Below, piece after piece: positions 1-12,159 of a stretch of 64,000 nucleotides of DNA. A program made the position numbers and the translations under genes. The DNA is from an uncultured Bacteroidales bacterium (GTDB lineage: Bacteria > Bacteroidota > Bacteroidia > Bacteroidales > VadinHA17): assembly GCA_963772705.1 (NCBI GenBank), contig CAVYYH010000005.1, positions 75,733 through 139,732 on the forward strand. Direction: 5' to 3'. The notes under the pieces are model-generated. The model was given only the letters and a program-made list of their open reading frames with translations, was not told the DNA's origin and did not search any database. Every line of letters begins with the position of its first letter. The first letter of the stretch is position 1.

Positions 1-2
1 CT

Positions 3-383
3 CCGTTCCACATAATGCAGCAGAGAACAGAGCTGCTGAAGAAGGCTGACAGGGCCGGGCTGAAGGAGCTGGAGCAGGTATGCCTTGCAAATAATGCCAG
101 GTTCATGGACTGGGAGTATGACATGGCAAAGATGAAGGTTACCAGGAATGGCGATGCATTGTATATGCACTGCCTCCCGGCTGACATCAGCGGTGTCTCG
201 TGTGAGAGGGGCGAGGTGAGTGCAGAGGCGTTCGAGCGCTACAGGACGGAGACATGGAAGGAGGCGGGGTTCAAACCGTATGTCATTGCAGCAATGATGA
301 TTGCAAACAGGTTCGAGAATCCGGGTGCGGTTGTGCAGGATTTAATCAAACGGAACAGAAAACGTATCGGGATAAACCGGTAG
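3..383 (+). CDS. ygeW: Knotted carbamoyltransferase YgeW, 5'-truncated by the window edge
   Basis: C-terminal motifs YMHCLPADISGVSCERGEV and KEAGFKPYVIAAM match the YgeW family; frame is open to the window start. Confidence 0.88.
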   Translation, partial: PFHIMQQRTELLKKADRAGLKELEQVCLANNARFMDWEYDMAKMKVTRNGDALYMHCLPADISGVSCERGEVSAEAFERYRTETWKEAGFKPYVIAAMMIANRFENPGAVVQDLIKRNRKRIGINR

Positions 384-395
384 AGACGCAGCATA

Positions 396-1784
396 CTACG
401 TCTCTGCGGTTGGACGGAATATCGTCCGGTATAAATATTTGCCGGATTCTGCTGCACCGGTCATTTGACCCTTTTCAATCACCACCCTGCCGTTAATGAT
501 AACGTATTCGGCCATTCCCTTCACCGTGATCCCTTCATAAATATTAGTATCGCAATTCTGGTGATGATTTACGGCCGATATTATGCTTTCCGGCTCCGGA
601 TTCCAAATTACAAGGTCAGCATCGGCCCCAGCCATTATATGGCCTTTACGGGGTGACAGACCGAAGATTTTTGCCGGTTGTGATGCGAATAAATTAACCA
701 TCTGGTTAATATTTAACCGTTTGGTTAAAAAACCATATGTATAAAGCAGCGCAAGACGGTGTTCAACCCCTCCCGCGCCACCGGGGATCAGCCTGAAGTC
801 GCTGAGGCCTGCTCTTTTATCTGACATCATGAAGGGGCAGTGGTCAGTGCCGACGGCATCGATGGTGCCGTCTGAGAGTGCAAGCCATAGCGCCTCACAG
901 TCCTCAGGCTTTCTGAGGGGCGGACTGATGACAAAGGGGGCTGACTCTCCGAAGTCACCCAGGTATTTTGAATCGTCAAGCAGAAGGTACTGCGGGCATG
1001 TCTCTGCATAAACAACCTGTCCGCGTGACTTTGCCTCCCTGATATGGTTGAGTGATTCACGGGCTGATACATGTACAATGTAGAGAGGACAACCGGCTCT
1101 GTAAGCAAGATCAACAGCCTTTCCGACAGCCTCAGACTCGAGACAGGCCGGACGTGAAAGAGGATGGTATTCAGGCGTTGTTTTACCCTCAGCGATGAAA
1201 CTGTTACGCAGCTGCTCGATTCTATCGCCCGCCTCGCAGTGTGCCGTGACTATTCCGCCTGCTTTACCGACCGTTTCCATGACCCTGAAAAGATCATCGT
1301 CACCCAGTCCGACAGTATCCTTGTAGGCCATGTATACCTTGAACGAGGTGACCCCCCTGGCGATGCATTCGCTTATCTCAGAGGCGGTGCTGTCGCGCCA
1401 CTCCACCGGGCTGACGTGAAAGGCATAGTCAGTCAGCGACTCTCCTGCCTCTGCCATGCGCCTGTCAAGGGCTGTCACGAGTGACTCTCCCCTCCGTGGG
1501 GTAACGAAGTCGATTAATGTTGTGGTGCCTCCGAAGAGTGCTGCCCGGCTGCCGGTGAGGAAGCTGTCAGACGAATATCCTGCTGCCGAGGGGAGGTGCA
1601 TATGGACATGCGGGTCAACCCCGCCGGGGAAGATGTACATACCGGCAGCATCAATTATCCTGTCACAGTTGTTCCGTTCGATGCCGCGGCCCGATGCCGA
1701 TATCACTCCCCCGTCAATAAGCAGGTCTGTTTCTGTTACACCGGAGGGTGTCACAACGGCACCGTTGATGATGAGCATCTTCAC
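396..1784 (-). CDS. hydA: Dihydropyrimidinase / D-hydantoinase (amidohydrolase)
   Basis: PGGVDPHVH metal site, GGTTTLIDF, SFKVYMAY (carbamylated Lys), GTDHCPF, GADADLVIW. Confidence 0.92.
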   Translation of the reverse strand: MKMLIINGAVVTPSGVTETDLLIDGGVISASGRGIERNNCDRIIDAAGMYIFPGGVDPHVHMHLPSAAGYSSDSFLTGSRAALFGGTTTLIDFVTPRRGESLVTALDRRMAEAGESLTDYAFHVSPVEWRDSTASEISECIARGVTSFKVYMAYKDTVGLGDDDLFRVMETVGKAGGIVTAHCEAGDRIEQLRNSFIAEGKTTPEYHPLSRPACLESEAVGKAVDLAYRAGCPLYIVHVSARESLNHIREAKSRGQVVYAETCPQYLLLDDSKYLGDFGESAPFVISPPLRKPEDCEALWLALSDGTIDAVGTDHCPFMMSDKRAGLSDFRLIPGGAGGVEHRLALLYTYGFLTKRLNINQMVNLFASQPAKIFGLSPRKGHIMAGADADLVIWNPEPESIISAVNHHQNCDTNIYEGITVKGMAEYVIINGRVVIEKGQMTGAAESGKYLYRTIFRPTAET

Positions 1785-2877
1785 CTGGCGTTCTGTTTCA
1801 TCGATCCGTACACCTTCCTCATGGTGGCTATCTTGTCATCATTCTGCGCCACGGCGCGGCTGGTGAACATCATCACCCCGCTGCTGCATCCTGAGGCGCC
1901 GAGGTGCAGTACCTGGCTGAACTCTTCAGGGGTGACGGTATAAGGTTCATCGTAAGCCTGAACAATAGTCCACACCATAGGATACTCTCCCTCCTTTATC
2001 CCCAGCCGGTTGCACAGCCATAGCGGTGTTTTCCCCTACCCATTGAGGAGTCCTTCCCATCCGGGCATGATACACCATGGGCGAGAAGACGTCAGTGACC
2101 CCGCGCAGCATGTCGTAGTCGAGGCCGAGGATACGGCGCTGCGCACCCTCATACTCATCGTCGTTCCACGGGCAGTGATAGATGCCCAGCAGCATGCCGG
2201 GGTCATGCCCCTTGACTATTGCTCTCATCTCTTTTACCCATCCGGCGATGACCCTGCAGCGCCATTCGCGCCACAGGCTGTCAGCCGAGGAGAGTATCCA
2301 CGACGCCCTTGCCGGGGTGTCACCTGGCGGCACTTCCACCGCCATCTCCTTCCCGAAGAGTGTGATGCACCGGTCGCAGAAGCATGTCTCGGGCAGTATC
2401 GGCTCAGGGTCCTCGAACTGGGCATGCCAGTGAAGGTAGTCGAGCCAAATGCCGTCAAGGTCAAACCTGGTCAGCAGGCTATGCAGCTCTGCAGTGCGGT
2501 ACTCCCTGAAGGCGGTGTCGGTGGGGCAGACCCCCATGAACCACGTCGCAGGCTCCACCTTTAAACCCTTATCATCCACGGCCCATGCCTCCGGGTGGTT
2601 CTCAACATATCCCTTGCCGATCAGCAGAGGGAACTCGGCGAACACCTTGGCCCCTTCTGACCTCGTCCGCACAAGCATGGAATCATTTATTGAATGCCAG
2701 TTCAGAAAGACTGCATTCACGCTGAGGGAGTCGAGCCTGTGACCCTTCTCCCACAGAGGTGCCGGGCTGCCGTAGATGCCCAGTATCATGTGCCTCATTT
2801 TTCTTTTCTGCCTGCCGGCACTGGCTGTGGGTCAAAGCGACAAGCGCTGACAGGGATATTAAAATCACTGTTCTCAT
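1781..2877 (-). CDS. Putative exported glycoside-hydrolase-like TIM-barrel protein (GHL10-like), split by two indels
   Basis: Signal-like N-terminus MRTVILISLSALVALTHSQC from ATG 2877; core ORF 1947-2798 has DGIWLDYLHW, CFCDRC and DVFSPMVYH; tail is in ORF 1781-1978. Confidence 0.5.
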
Positions 2878-2897
2878 GAACCGTTTCACCTGCTGAT

Positions 2898-3564
2898 TTA
2901 CTGTTTCTCCTTCGCTGCAAGAAGGCTTATCTCCTTTCCGGCAATGATGTTCTGCGGATGATCCTCCTTCACCAGGCTTATCATTGAGAGAGCAAGCTCC
3001 TCCATGGTGTTGAAGCCGTTGGGGAACAGCTTTTTCCCGACCGGGAGGAACCAGTTTATGTATCTGTAGAACGAGTGTGCCCGCGTCTGTCCATGATAAG
3101 GTTTGATGAATCCGGGGCGGTAGCCGTAGGCTCTTCTGAACGGAAGCTTCATCAGGTCGTTCTCGGTCTTCCCCTTGATCCTTGCCCACTCGATGCGGCC
3201 CTTCTCGGTTCCGTCGGTCCCCGCCCCTGGAGACATAGATGAAAACCATATTCTTATTCAGCCTGCTGACTGTCTCTCCGAAATGCATCGTAAGCTGATA
3301 GGTCACCTTGTAGTATTCATCCATCTTCTTCCCGAGCGATGTGACGCCAAGGCAGAAGAAGCATGCGTCATAACCTGCCAGCTGCGATTCGACGGGTGAG
3401 AGATCATGGAAGTTCTCATGAACTATCTCTGTCAGTTTCGGGTGGGTGATGCCGAGGCTGCGCCTGTTTATTATCAGGACCTTTTCGACGTCAGGATTAT
3501 CCAGGCAGACGAGAAGTACGCCTTCCCCCACCATTCCTGTAGAACCGGTGATTATTACTTTCAT
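2898..3564 (-). CDS. NAD(P)-dependent epimerase/dehydratase (atypical SDR), one indel near 3230
   Basis: GSTGMVGEG Rossmann motif and YDACFFCLG; C-terminal part GAGTD..WARIKGKTENDL..YRPGFI is in ORF 2898-3236. Confidence 0.8.
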
Positions 3565-3616
3565 ATCGTTGTCTGTATCACAATTACTCTTTCATTTATC
3601 CTTAAATTGGAACATG

Positions 3617-4955
3617 TCATACTCCTGCAACCACCACATCGTCGAAGACAAGGCTTGGTAGTCTTGCCGGGCTGTAGATCCATGGGTCATTTGCAACTTC
3701 AACAAGTTTATTCCAGAAATTCAGGTGGTTATCAGCGATATTCATTTCTGCAGCGTTCTGGACAAAGCTTCCTCTTTCATACAGCTTTCCTATCACCCCG
3801 AGCGAAAAGTCACCTGTAGTCGAGTTGGAGTTACCCCCGATAAAGCCTGTTATCAGAATGCAGCGTCCCAGGTCTTTGATTATGTCACTGACGCTCCTGG
3901 ATCCGGCGGAATGATATAGTTGGAAATAGATCCTGAAGTAGGCTCCCAACCTAATTTACGACTGTAGTACCAGTCGACAAGAAACTCATTCAGGATTCCT
4001 TCAGTAAAAAAGGTTCGCTTCCTGGCAGGAAATCCGTCACTGTCATAATACCTTGAACCCAGTCCCCTGGAATAAAGGGATCGTCAATCACAGTTAGAAG
4101 CTTACTGCCTATCTGTTTACCCTTTTTATCGGCAAGGAAGGATCTTTTCTGCTGGATATTTCCCGCATACATCGCATCGCCAAGACAGGAAAGAACACGT
4201 TCTGCGCCACGGTTCAGGAGGATAACCGGAGATTTTTGTGTTGCGATCTTCCTGCCGCCCATCAGATCAAGAGTTCGTCTGGCTGCTTACTTCCGATTTC
4301 TTCAAGCGGGGGAAGGTCGCTTCTGTATATGCACTGCAGGTAATTATAACCTGCCGGACGTCGGTCACCCTCATCCTGTGCTGACATTGTTGCGCCGATG
4401 ACACAATATGTACCCTTGGTTGAACCTTCAAAGCCATTGCTCGATTTAACGAACTCCTCATACAGGCCATCATATTCTCCTGCTTCAACAGAGATAACCT
4501 TTTCACCACCTTGCTGCAGACAGGCTTCTTCAACGACTTTGACCATTGCATGTCTGTTCTCAGGAGTCAACTGAGGATAATCCGGGTCATAAAGCTGAAG
4601 ATCGCTGATCTGTCATTCCGGCATAGTATTTCGGATCAGGAAGAGTGCGAAACGGATCTTCCTCCATGATGTTGGCGCTTCCGACAACATCAGTGATAAA
4701 GCCTTCAAGTGTTGATTTGCGAAAGTCGGGCGTCGACTGTACTGCAAACCTGTTGTTGATATAGACCTCCAGGGAGAGACCCTGGGTCGTAGCTTCCTTG
4801 ATGACATCGGGTTTACGGTCACGGTAGATGATCTCCACCAGCCGCCTCTTTGAGATGTTCACCCTGCAGTCACTGGCGCCTGCCTTCTTTGTCTGGCTGA
4901 TCACCCAGTCTGCCAGTTCAGGGAAGCTCAGCGGTTTGTCTTTTATGTATGTCAT
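3617..4955 (-). CDS. pmbA: PmbA/TldE family protein, fragmented by several indels
   Basis: Pieces 4587-4955, 4262-4570, 3990-4262 and 3617-3949 carry PmbA motifs (SFLADKKGKQIGS, VIDDP, GGNSNSTTGDFSLG); ATG overlaps the upstream tldD stop (ATGA). Confidence 0.75.
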
Positions 4956-6503
4956 GACCGGCCTCCTTTCTGCTGTGTACCGCCGACGGTAAGTGATTTA
5001 ACAAGACATGTTGGCATACCGAATGACACCGGGACTACCCTGCCCGTCCTTGCCGCACTGTCCGGCGCCACCGTAATACATCTTCAGGTCATTCTGCCGC
5101 CAAAGTAATATTGGCGAGCATTTTCGGACCGTTACCCATGATGTTTACATCCTTGATCGGATAAGTGAGCTTGCCGTTTTCAATCATTCTGCCCTGCGAG
5201 ACATAGAATGCAAAGTCACCCTCACCAATCTTAACTTCTCCGTTGCTTACGTCCTCGACATATATTCCATTGCCTGCCTGCCTGATCACATCTTCAACAG
5301 TGGCATCGCCACCAAGCATGTATGTATTGCGCATCCGCGGCACAGGATAATTCTGGAAGTCCTGCCTGCGGCCGTTGCCTGTAGGCTCAACACCGTAATG
5401 TTTTGCTGATATCTTATCATGGATATAGCTGTTAAGTATGCCGTTCTCAACAAGGACAGTCTTCTGTCCGGGTACACCTTCATCATCAACATTGATACTT
5501 CCGGAAAGGTTCATATTGGTGCCGTCATCAATGATCGTCACAAATGATTCGGCCACCTTCTTACCGAGCATGGTACTGTACGTGGAGATGTTCTTGCGGT
5601 TAAAGTCAGCTTCCATACCGTGCCCGATGGCCTCATGAAGCAGTACTCCCGTTACTCCCGGACCAAGCACCACAGGCATCTCACCTGCGGGAGGTTGTAT
5701 AGCATCAAACAGTGTCAGAGCATTTGTGACGGTTTTTGAGGCTACTTCATTTAGTAACCTCATCAGTGTAGTAGGAAAAATCACGATGCCCGCCAAGATT
5801 CCAGGATGCCTGTTCACGTTTTCCGTTTCTCTCAGCCACAACAGATGAGTAGATGAACCCTCCGCGGAATAATGTCTTCAGCCATTACCCCGTCGCTTGA
5901 AACGATGAGAATGCGTTTTATGCTGCTCTGGAAATCCGGCACTCACCTTAATTACCTCAGGCGAGAGTGCAAAGCATTTCTGGTTGAGGTCCTGTATCAA
6001 TGGCAGTTTTGACTTCAGCCGGGATGCCATTGAAATCAGCTGCCACCGGATAGTAGTTTCCTGTCATCGGCCGTGAAAATGATGAACCAACAGGAGAGGC
6101 GTTCATGTCACATAATGTAGAAGCTGTAGCCGCCGAAGACATCATTGAATCTTCGGTGAGTTCCTGTGTGAAGCCATAGCCGATCTGGTCACCCTTCACT
6201 GTTCGGATCCCAACGCCGAGCGAGATGTTACCGTATGACTGGTTCACTTTGCCGTCTTCAAGTCCAAGAATAATTTGATAACGTGAACTCAAAATAGAGG
6301 TCTGCAAAATCACCTCCTCTCGAAAGTGCTTTCGCCAGTAGTTTACGGCAGAGCGTCTCATCGATCCCGAATTCTTTAAGGAAATAGTTTCCCGATGAGC
6401 CGGAATCAAGGAATGTGCATGCTTTCAATCCTGGAAGCACCAGCAACGCTCCGCCAGCCAGAGCAGAGCTCTGAATGAATTTTCTTCGCGGAATGGGTCT
6501 CAT
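4952..6503 (-). CDS. tldD: TldD metalloprotease with N-terminal Tat-like signal, fragmented by several indels
   Basis: HEAIGHGMEAD (HExxxH), PRMRNTYM, C-terminal CGKDG read from the DNA near 5045-5060; N-terminus RRKFIQSSALAGGALL. Confidence 0.8.
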
Positions 6504-6707
6504 TTTCAAAATGATTGGTTAATTGAGCAATTTAAGAAATTCAGGGGAAATAATCGAAGAGAATGGCTGTCATGAATTTCGATAGAATATGAGATAATTG
6601 CATCCATTTCAGGGTCATGACCCTGCCAGAGGGTCTTTTTATTACAGAAGGAAATAATTGATATTTTTATAGTGTTTCAGAAGTGAGAGTAGTTGAAGAT
6701 GCAGAAG

Positions 6708-7654
6708 ATGAGAATTCCGTAAAGTAATATTGGCGATGTTAATTTCTCATTACTCTTGCGGGCTGTCAGAAAGACCCGGAAGAGATAAGGGATGAGTATG
6801 TCAGTAACATGGCTGCCGCTGTCAGGGCTGACAGTCTCGAATCGTATGTGAGGTGGCTTGAGGATATGGGAACAAGGTTTGCACTTGCCGATAACCGCCG
6901 GGAGGTTGCAAGGAAGATCAGGGACCGGTTCATTGCCTTCGGGTACCCTGACGCGAAGCTTGATTCCTTCTCCCTGACCAATACCTACCGGAGCATCACC
7001 TACACGACAATGCAGTATAATGTCATTGCCACACTTGCCGGCAGCTCTTCTGACAGCGTCAGTGTCATAGGAGCACACCATGATAATAACATTTCTGCCG
7101 GAGACCCGTTCACCATTGTTCCGGGGGCGAACGACAACGCCTCGGGTGTGGCGGCAACCCTGGAGATAGCCCGTGTGATGCGCAAATACAAGTTCAGGCC
7201 AAAGTACACTATTCATTTTGTGACCTTTGCCGCTGAGGAGGTGGGACTGCACGGCAGCAGGGATTATGCTGCCAGGGCAGCAGCCAGGGGTGATAACATG
7301 ATCATGATGATCAATCATGACATGATCGCATACCAGCCATCCCAGGCGTCAAAACCATGGTATGTAAATATCATTCATTATGACAACTCGTACGGACTGA
7401 TGTCTGATGCTGCAAGGCTCTGTGCTGCAAACACCAACCTGTTGTCTTACTCTGATAATACATTTTATAACAGGAGCGACAGCTATCCCTTTTTCATGAA
7501 TGGATTCAGGCCTCTCTTCTTTCACCAGGATGAGACCGAAAGCACCTATCACACTGTTAATGACCTTGCCTCCGGCTGCAATTTTGAATATTGCCGGGAG
7601 ATTGTGAAGATATCATGTTCGCTGGTGGCAGAGAGAAACTATCAGTCAGATTAG
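6708..7654 (+). CDS. M28 family aminopeptidase, lipoprotein (N-terminus disrupted by indels)
   Basis: IGAHHD, PGANDNASG, FAAEEVGL, NHDMI, RSDS and YHT motifs; in-frame lipobox LAGC upstream of ORF 6809. Confidence 0.82.
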
Positions 7655-7690
7655 GTATTTTACTAATGTTTTCCGTTGTACTGACAATTA

Positions 7691-8968
7691 ATGGCACAAA
7701 AGAAATATATAACCTTCCATGATGCAATAAAGAGCGGCGCACCGGCCGCTTTTGCAACAATGGTGAAGCCGCTGGGCTCGGCCTGCAACCTGAACTGCTC
7801 ATACTGCTACTACCTCGACAAGGCCCCTACCATATATGAGAACCGTCAGCCACTAATGCCGCTGAATGTCCTGGAGGAGTATATACGGCAGTATATCATT
7901 GCCAACGAGGTGCCTGAGGTGACATTTGTCTGGCACGGCGGAGAGCCCCTGATGGCCGGGATAGATTATTACAAAAAAGCAATAGAGTTCCAGCGTAAGT
8001 ACGCCTCGGGCAAGGGGATAGTGAACTCGCTGCAGACCAACGGGCTGTTGATGAACGCTGACTGGGCAAGGTTTTTTCATGTCAATAAGTTCCTAATCGG
8101 CCTCTCTGTCGACGGGCCGCGTGATATTCATGACGCATACAGGGTGAACAAGGCGGGCCGCCCTTCCTTTGATAAAGTCATGGCTGCTGTCAGCCTGATG
8201 AAACAGTACGGTGTTGAGTATAACACGCTCAGTGTGGTGACTAACCTCAGCGAGGGGAGGGGGGCTGAAGTATACCGCTTTCTGAAGTCTATCGGCAGCC
8301 GGTTTATGCAATTTCTTCCGGTTGTTGAACATGTCATTACGGGCGATGAGAACCGAAAGCCGGTAATAGCCAAACCGGGAACGGACGGTTCAGTCATGGC
8401 TCCGTGGAGCGTCTCTGCCGCCGGCTACGGCAGGTTCATGACAGATATCTTCGATGAATGGGTTGTCAGGGACGTGGGAGAATACTTCGTACAGGCCTTT
8501 GACATGACACTTGCCCAGTGGGTCGGAGCAAAGCCCGGACTCTGCGTTTACTCGGAGACATGCGGTGACGCACTTGTTGTCGAGCATAACGGCGACGTAT
8601 ACTCATGCGATCATTTTGTATATCCTGAGTACAAGCTCGGCAACATACTCGAGACTGAACTGTCAGTTCTGTATCAGAGCCCAAAGCAGTTTGAATTTGG
8701 TGTCAACAAAAGAAATACCCTTCCACGATATTGCTTAAGGTGCAAATATTACTTCGCCTGCAGGGGAGAGTGTCCGAAGCACCGGTTTATGAAGACGGAG
8801 ACAGGAGAAGATGGACTGAATGCACTGTGCGAAGGGTTCAAGCATTACTTCAGCCATGTTGAACCCTACATGGAGTACATGGCCATGCTCCTGGCACAAA
8901 AAAGAGCACCTGCTCTTGTCATGCCATGGGCCAGGGAAAGGATCAGCGGGAATGTGAAGGGTGCCTGA
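7691..8968 (+). CDS. Anaerobic sulfatase-maturating enzyme (radical SAM/SPASM)
   Basis: CNLNCSYC radical SAM motif, WHGGEP, YSCDHFV, SPASM cysteines CLRC..CRGECPKHR. Confidence 0.92.
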   Translation: MAQKKYITFHDAIKSGAPAAFATMVKPLGSACNLNCSYCYYLDKAPTIYENRQPLMPLNVLEEYIRQYIIANEVPEVTFVWHGGEPLMAGIDYYKKAIEFQRKYASGKGIVNSLQTNGLLMNADWARFFHVNKFLIGLSVDGPRDIHDAYRVNKAGRPSFDKVMAAVSLMKQYGVEYNTLSVVTNLSEGRGAEVYRFLKSIGSRFMQFLPVVEHVITGDENRKPVIAKPGTDGSVMAPWSVSAAGYGRFMTDIFDEWVVRDVGEYFVQAFDMTLAQWVGAKPGLCVYSETCGDALVVEHNGDVYSCDHFVYPEYKLGNILETELSVLYQSPKQFEFGVNKRNTLPRYCLRCKYYFACRGECPKHRFMKTETGEDGLNALCEGFKHYFSHVEPYMEYMAMLLAQKRAPALVMPWARERISGNVKGA

Positions 8969-9518
8969 AGCAGGTAACGATGTGATCATTCACAATGCCT
9001 GCTGCCTGCAGGAAAGCATAAACGATGGTTGAACCAACGAAGGTAAATCCCCTTTTCTTCAGGTCTTTGCTGATGGTATCTGACAAAGGTGTGCGGGCCG
9101 GCAGCTCACTGAGGCTCTTCCAGGAGTTGATGACCGGTTTGCCGCCGGTAAAATGCCAGATGTAATTATCAAAACTGCCGAACTCTTCCTGAACCTTCAG
9201 AAAAGCCCTTGCATTGGTTACAGCCGAACGGATCTTCAGTCTGTTGCGTATTATGCCGGGGTCATTCAGAAGATCAGCTATTTTGTCTTCATCATACCTG
9301 GCTACAACTGCCGGGTCAAACCCTTCGAACGCTCTCCTGTATCCCTCCCTTCTGTGTAGTATGGTTTTCCAGCTGAGCCCTGCCTGGGCGCCGTCAAGGA
9401 TTATATGTTCGAACCACCTTATATCATCATGGACAGGGATACCCCATTCATTATCATGATAATCAATCATCAGGGCATCCCCTGAGGGCCATTCGCAACT
9501 GTTCCTGGTCATCGTCAT
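8943..9518 (-). CDS. tag: DNA-3-methyladenine glycosylase I
   Basis: YHDNEWG, QAGLSW, GIIRNRLKI, GFTFVGSTI, NDHIVTC. Confidence 0.95.
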   Translation of the reverse strand: MTMTRNSCEWPSGDALMIDYHDNEWGIPVHDDIRWFEHIILDGAQAGLSWKTILHRREGYRRAFEGFDPAVVARYDEDKIADLLNDPGIIRNRLKIRSAVTNARAFLKVQEEFGSFDNYIWHFTGGKPVINSWKSLSELPARTPLSDTISKDLKKRGFTFVGSTIVYAFLQAAGIVNDHIVTCFRHPSHSR

Positions 9519-12159
9519 CTCAGTCCGAACCTGTAAGAGAGCTTAACGAGAAATACATTGTATGGTCTCCTGACGGTAAGCAGGTCATGCATCTGGTCGC
9601 TGATGTCAAACTTTCCGTCACCGGTATAGTAATCACGTGTCTGGGACCAGACAAGGTAAGCGGTTGATCCGGGAAGGAACTCCCATCTGATAACCAGGTT
9701 ACTCAGAAACTCGCTTACAGTGAAGTCCGGCTTTTCAAAACTGTAGTCGAATGAGCCGTCGACATCTTCATCAACATGGTAGTTCCCGTCGTCTTCATCA
9801 AATAATATCTCATTATCGTTATAGACATGAAACCGGTCTGTGAACTCAGGGGCATTGGGATCAGTGATATATTTGAAATCAGTATAGGCGCCTGATCCGA
9901 AGAATGGCTGTCCCCAGTATTGAATTGTAAGGTCGGGAGTAATGTTATAATCGACCCTGAATGAGATGGCGAGGATCTCCTGGTCTATTGTTCCGAAAAC
10001 ATACCTGGGGTCATCAGGGTCACCGTCATTCTCAGTGGTTGTTACATATTGCATTGTATTCCATGACTTGCTCCATTCGGGTTCGGCACTAATTGTAAGA
10101 GTATTGATGGGCCTGTAGCTAAGTTCAAATCCCACTTCGTACTCGTCATAGTAGTTTTCAAATCCCCATCCGTAGCCAAGGTCTAGTTCCGCCACAATTT
10201 TTTTGCGTTCACTTGTGCTTACGCCTCCATGAAATCTGGCGCTACCCGGCATCAGCATTGAAGGTCCGCCGCGGAGAAGGAGGTTGTCTCTTTCAGGGCT
10301 GTTGACACCTCCTCCGAAGTATGTGTTCCATAGATTCTTATACCCTGCCTGCCAGGAGAATTCATCACCGATCATTAGAGTGTTTCCGCCGAAATCAGCT
10401 ACATGGATTACATTGGTTCCGAATGACATGCGGTTAAAGACGCTGAAGGGTTTATTGATGCTGTAGCTGATGACTCCAACGCCCAGGATACTGGTCGGCG
10501 ACACGCATATAACCCAGGTCATTGATTTCAAATCCCGGTGATTTCCAGGATGCAAGGTAGATAAGTTGCAGGTTGCCCCCGATCTTCCCGGCCATCAGGT
10601 TACCTCCGTAGCCGCTAAGTGAGGTCCTGGTGGGATCATATTCCACGTAGTCTGCATCTGGTCTTACAAAATTATGCACCGGAGAACGCTGTGTCCGTGC
10701 GATGTCATTTTCATTACCGGTGATATTACTGAAAGCCGTACGCAGCTGGAAAATATAATTCATATCCTTGAAATACTGGGTAAAGTCGAGCCCTGCGGCA
10801 GTTGCCGACTTATGGAAATAATCGGCTGTCTCGTCATCGAGTGACCTGATTGTGCTGGTCATCATGCCTCCGATGATTGTCTTGCCTTCCTTGAAATCCT
10901 GCTGCACCCTTCCCACGGCATAATTTGCAAATGGCTCAGCCTTGACATACGATGTTTCGCCGGTTTCTTCGTTATATATCTTCGTATTTACTTCTGCTGT
11001 CACGGCGTCAATTGCCCCTACTGAAAGGCCGGAGCCGGATTTGCCGGTAAGCTTTGCAGCTCCGATGATAGGGATGAAGGCAGGGGTGTAGGCATATTCG
11101 CCGTCGTCAGGACTGGCAGGATGCCTGGGGCTGCGGCCGATCCTCCTGGAGTAGAACAGGTTGTCATTTCCAACATCGCCTTCTCCGATTCCCAACCCGA
11201 AGCTTGTAATGTTCTTTCCCTCAACGAAGAATGGTCTTTTCTCCCGGAAGAATGACTCAAAGGCAGTCAGGTTAACCTCAGAGGGGTCTGCCTCGACCTG
11301 GCCGAAGTCAGGATTGAGGGTGAGGCTCATGATCATGTTGTTTGTGATGCCTATTTTGGCATCAAGACCTGCATTAACCTTGAAGTCAGATCCGTCGAGC
11401 CATGGGTTACCCTCTTCCCCCTCATAAGTTTCAAGCTTGGCCACGCCGTAGGGAGTCAGGTCAAAGAGGGTGCGCGGTTTGATATTACTGAGGCCATTGA
11501 GAAGCCCTGCATTATGCACAAGGCCTGATGCATTCCTGGCAATCGGCTGCCAGAGATCGGTCTCATCATGCCTGTATATTTCTCTCATCACTTCCAGTCC
11601 CCATGTCTGGGTCTCACTTGCCGAGAAGCGCAGCTGGGTGAGAGGGATCCGCATCTCGGCTGCCCACCCCCAGTCATAGATGGCTGTCTTTACATACCAT
11701 ATAGGGTCAAAGGTCTCGTCCTCATTCATGCCGTCATCGGTCCAGATGAGATCACCCTTTACTCCGGCAGCACTGACCCCGAATCCAAATGCAGTACGCT
11801 GGTCAAAATATGAATCGAGGGCAACCATTACCGCATCGCCATCGGTGTCATCACGTCGGGTCATCCTTGAGACGATGCTGTCCGGGGCAGTATCATATGC
11901 CTTGATTGCAATATAGATATCAGTGTTGTCATAAAGAATCTTAAACTCTGTCTTCTGCCTTACCGGAGCTCCTTCGGCGGGTTCAAACTGGAAGAAGTCT
12001 CCGCCCCACTCACCCATTGTCCATGCTTCATCGTCAAGCACGCCATTGATGGCCGGGGGAGTGTTTATCCGGACAGTGGTATAGCTCCTTTTTTCATATT
12101 CCTGGCCGCTCAGAGAGAGGGAAATCAGTAACAGCAATGACAGAAATATAGCTTTTCAT
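9515..12159 (-). CDS. DUF5916 / CBM9-like outer-membrane protein, paralogue 1 (indels near 10490 and 12155)
   Basis: N-terminal CBM9-like region (WAAEMRIP), LNPDFGQVEADPSEVNL, EKRPFFVEG, LFYSRRIG; barrel-like C-terminus FLVKLSYRFGLR. Confidence 0.8.

Noticed and set aside
2683-3564. Apparent 293-aa epimerase fusion ORF
   Set aside because: An indel near 3230 runs the epimerase frame into the signal peptide of the next gene.
7691-8968. Radical SAM/SPASM enzyme near peptidases and TldDE as a RiPP cluster
   Set aside because: The sequence fits the ordinary Bacteroidota anSME, which is often stand-alone, and no precursor peptide or exporter is visible.
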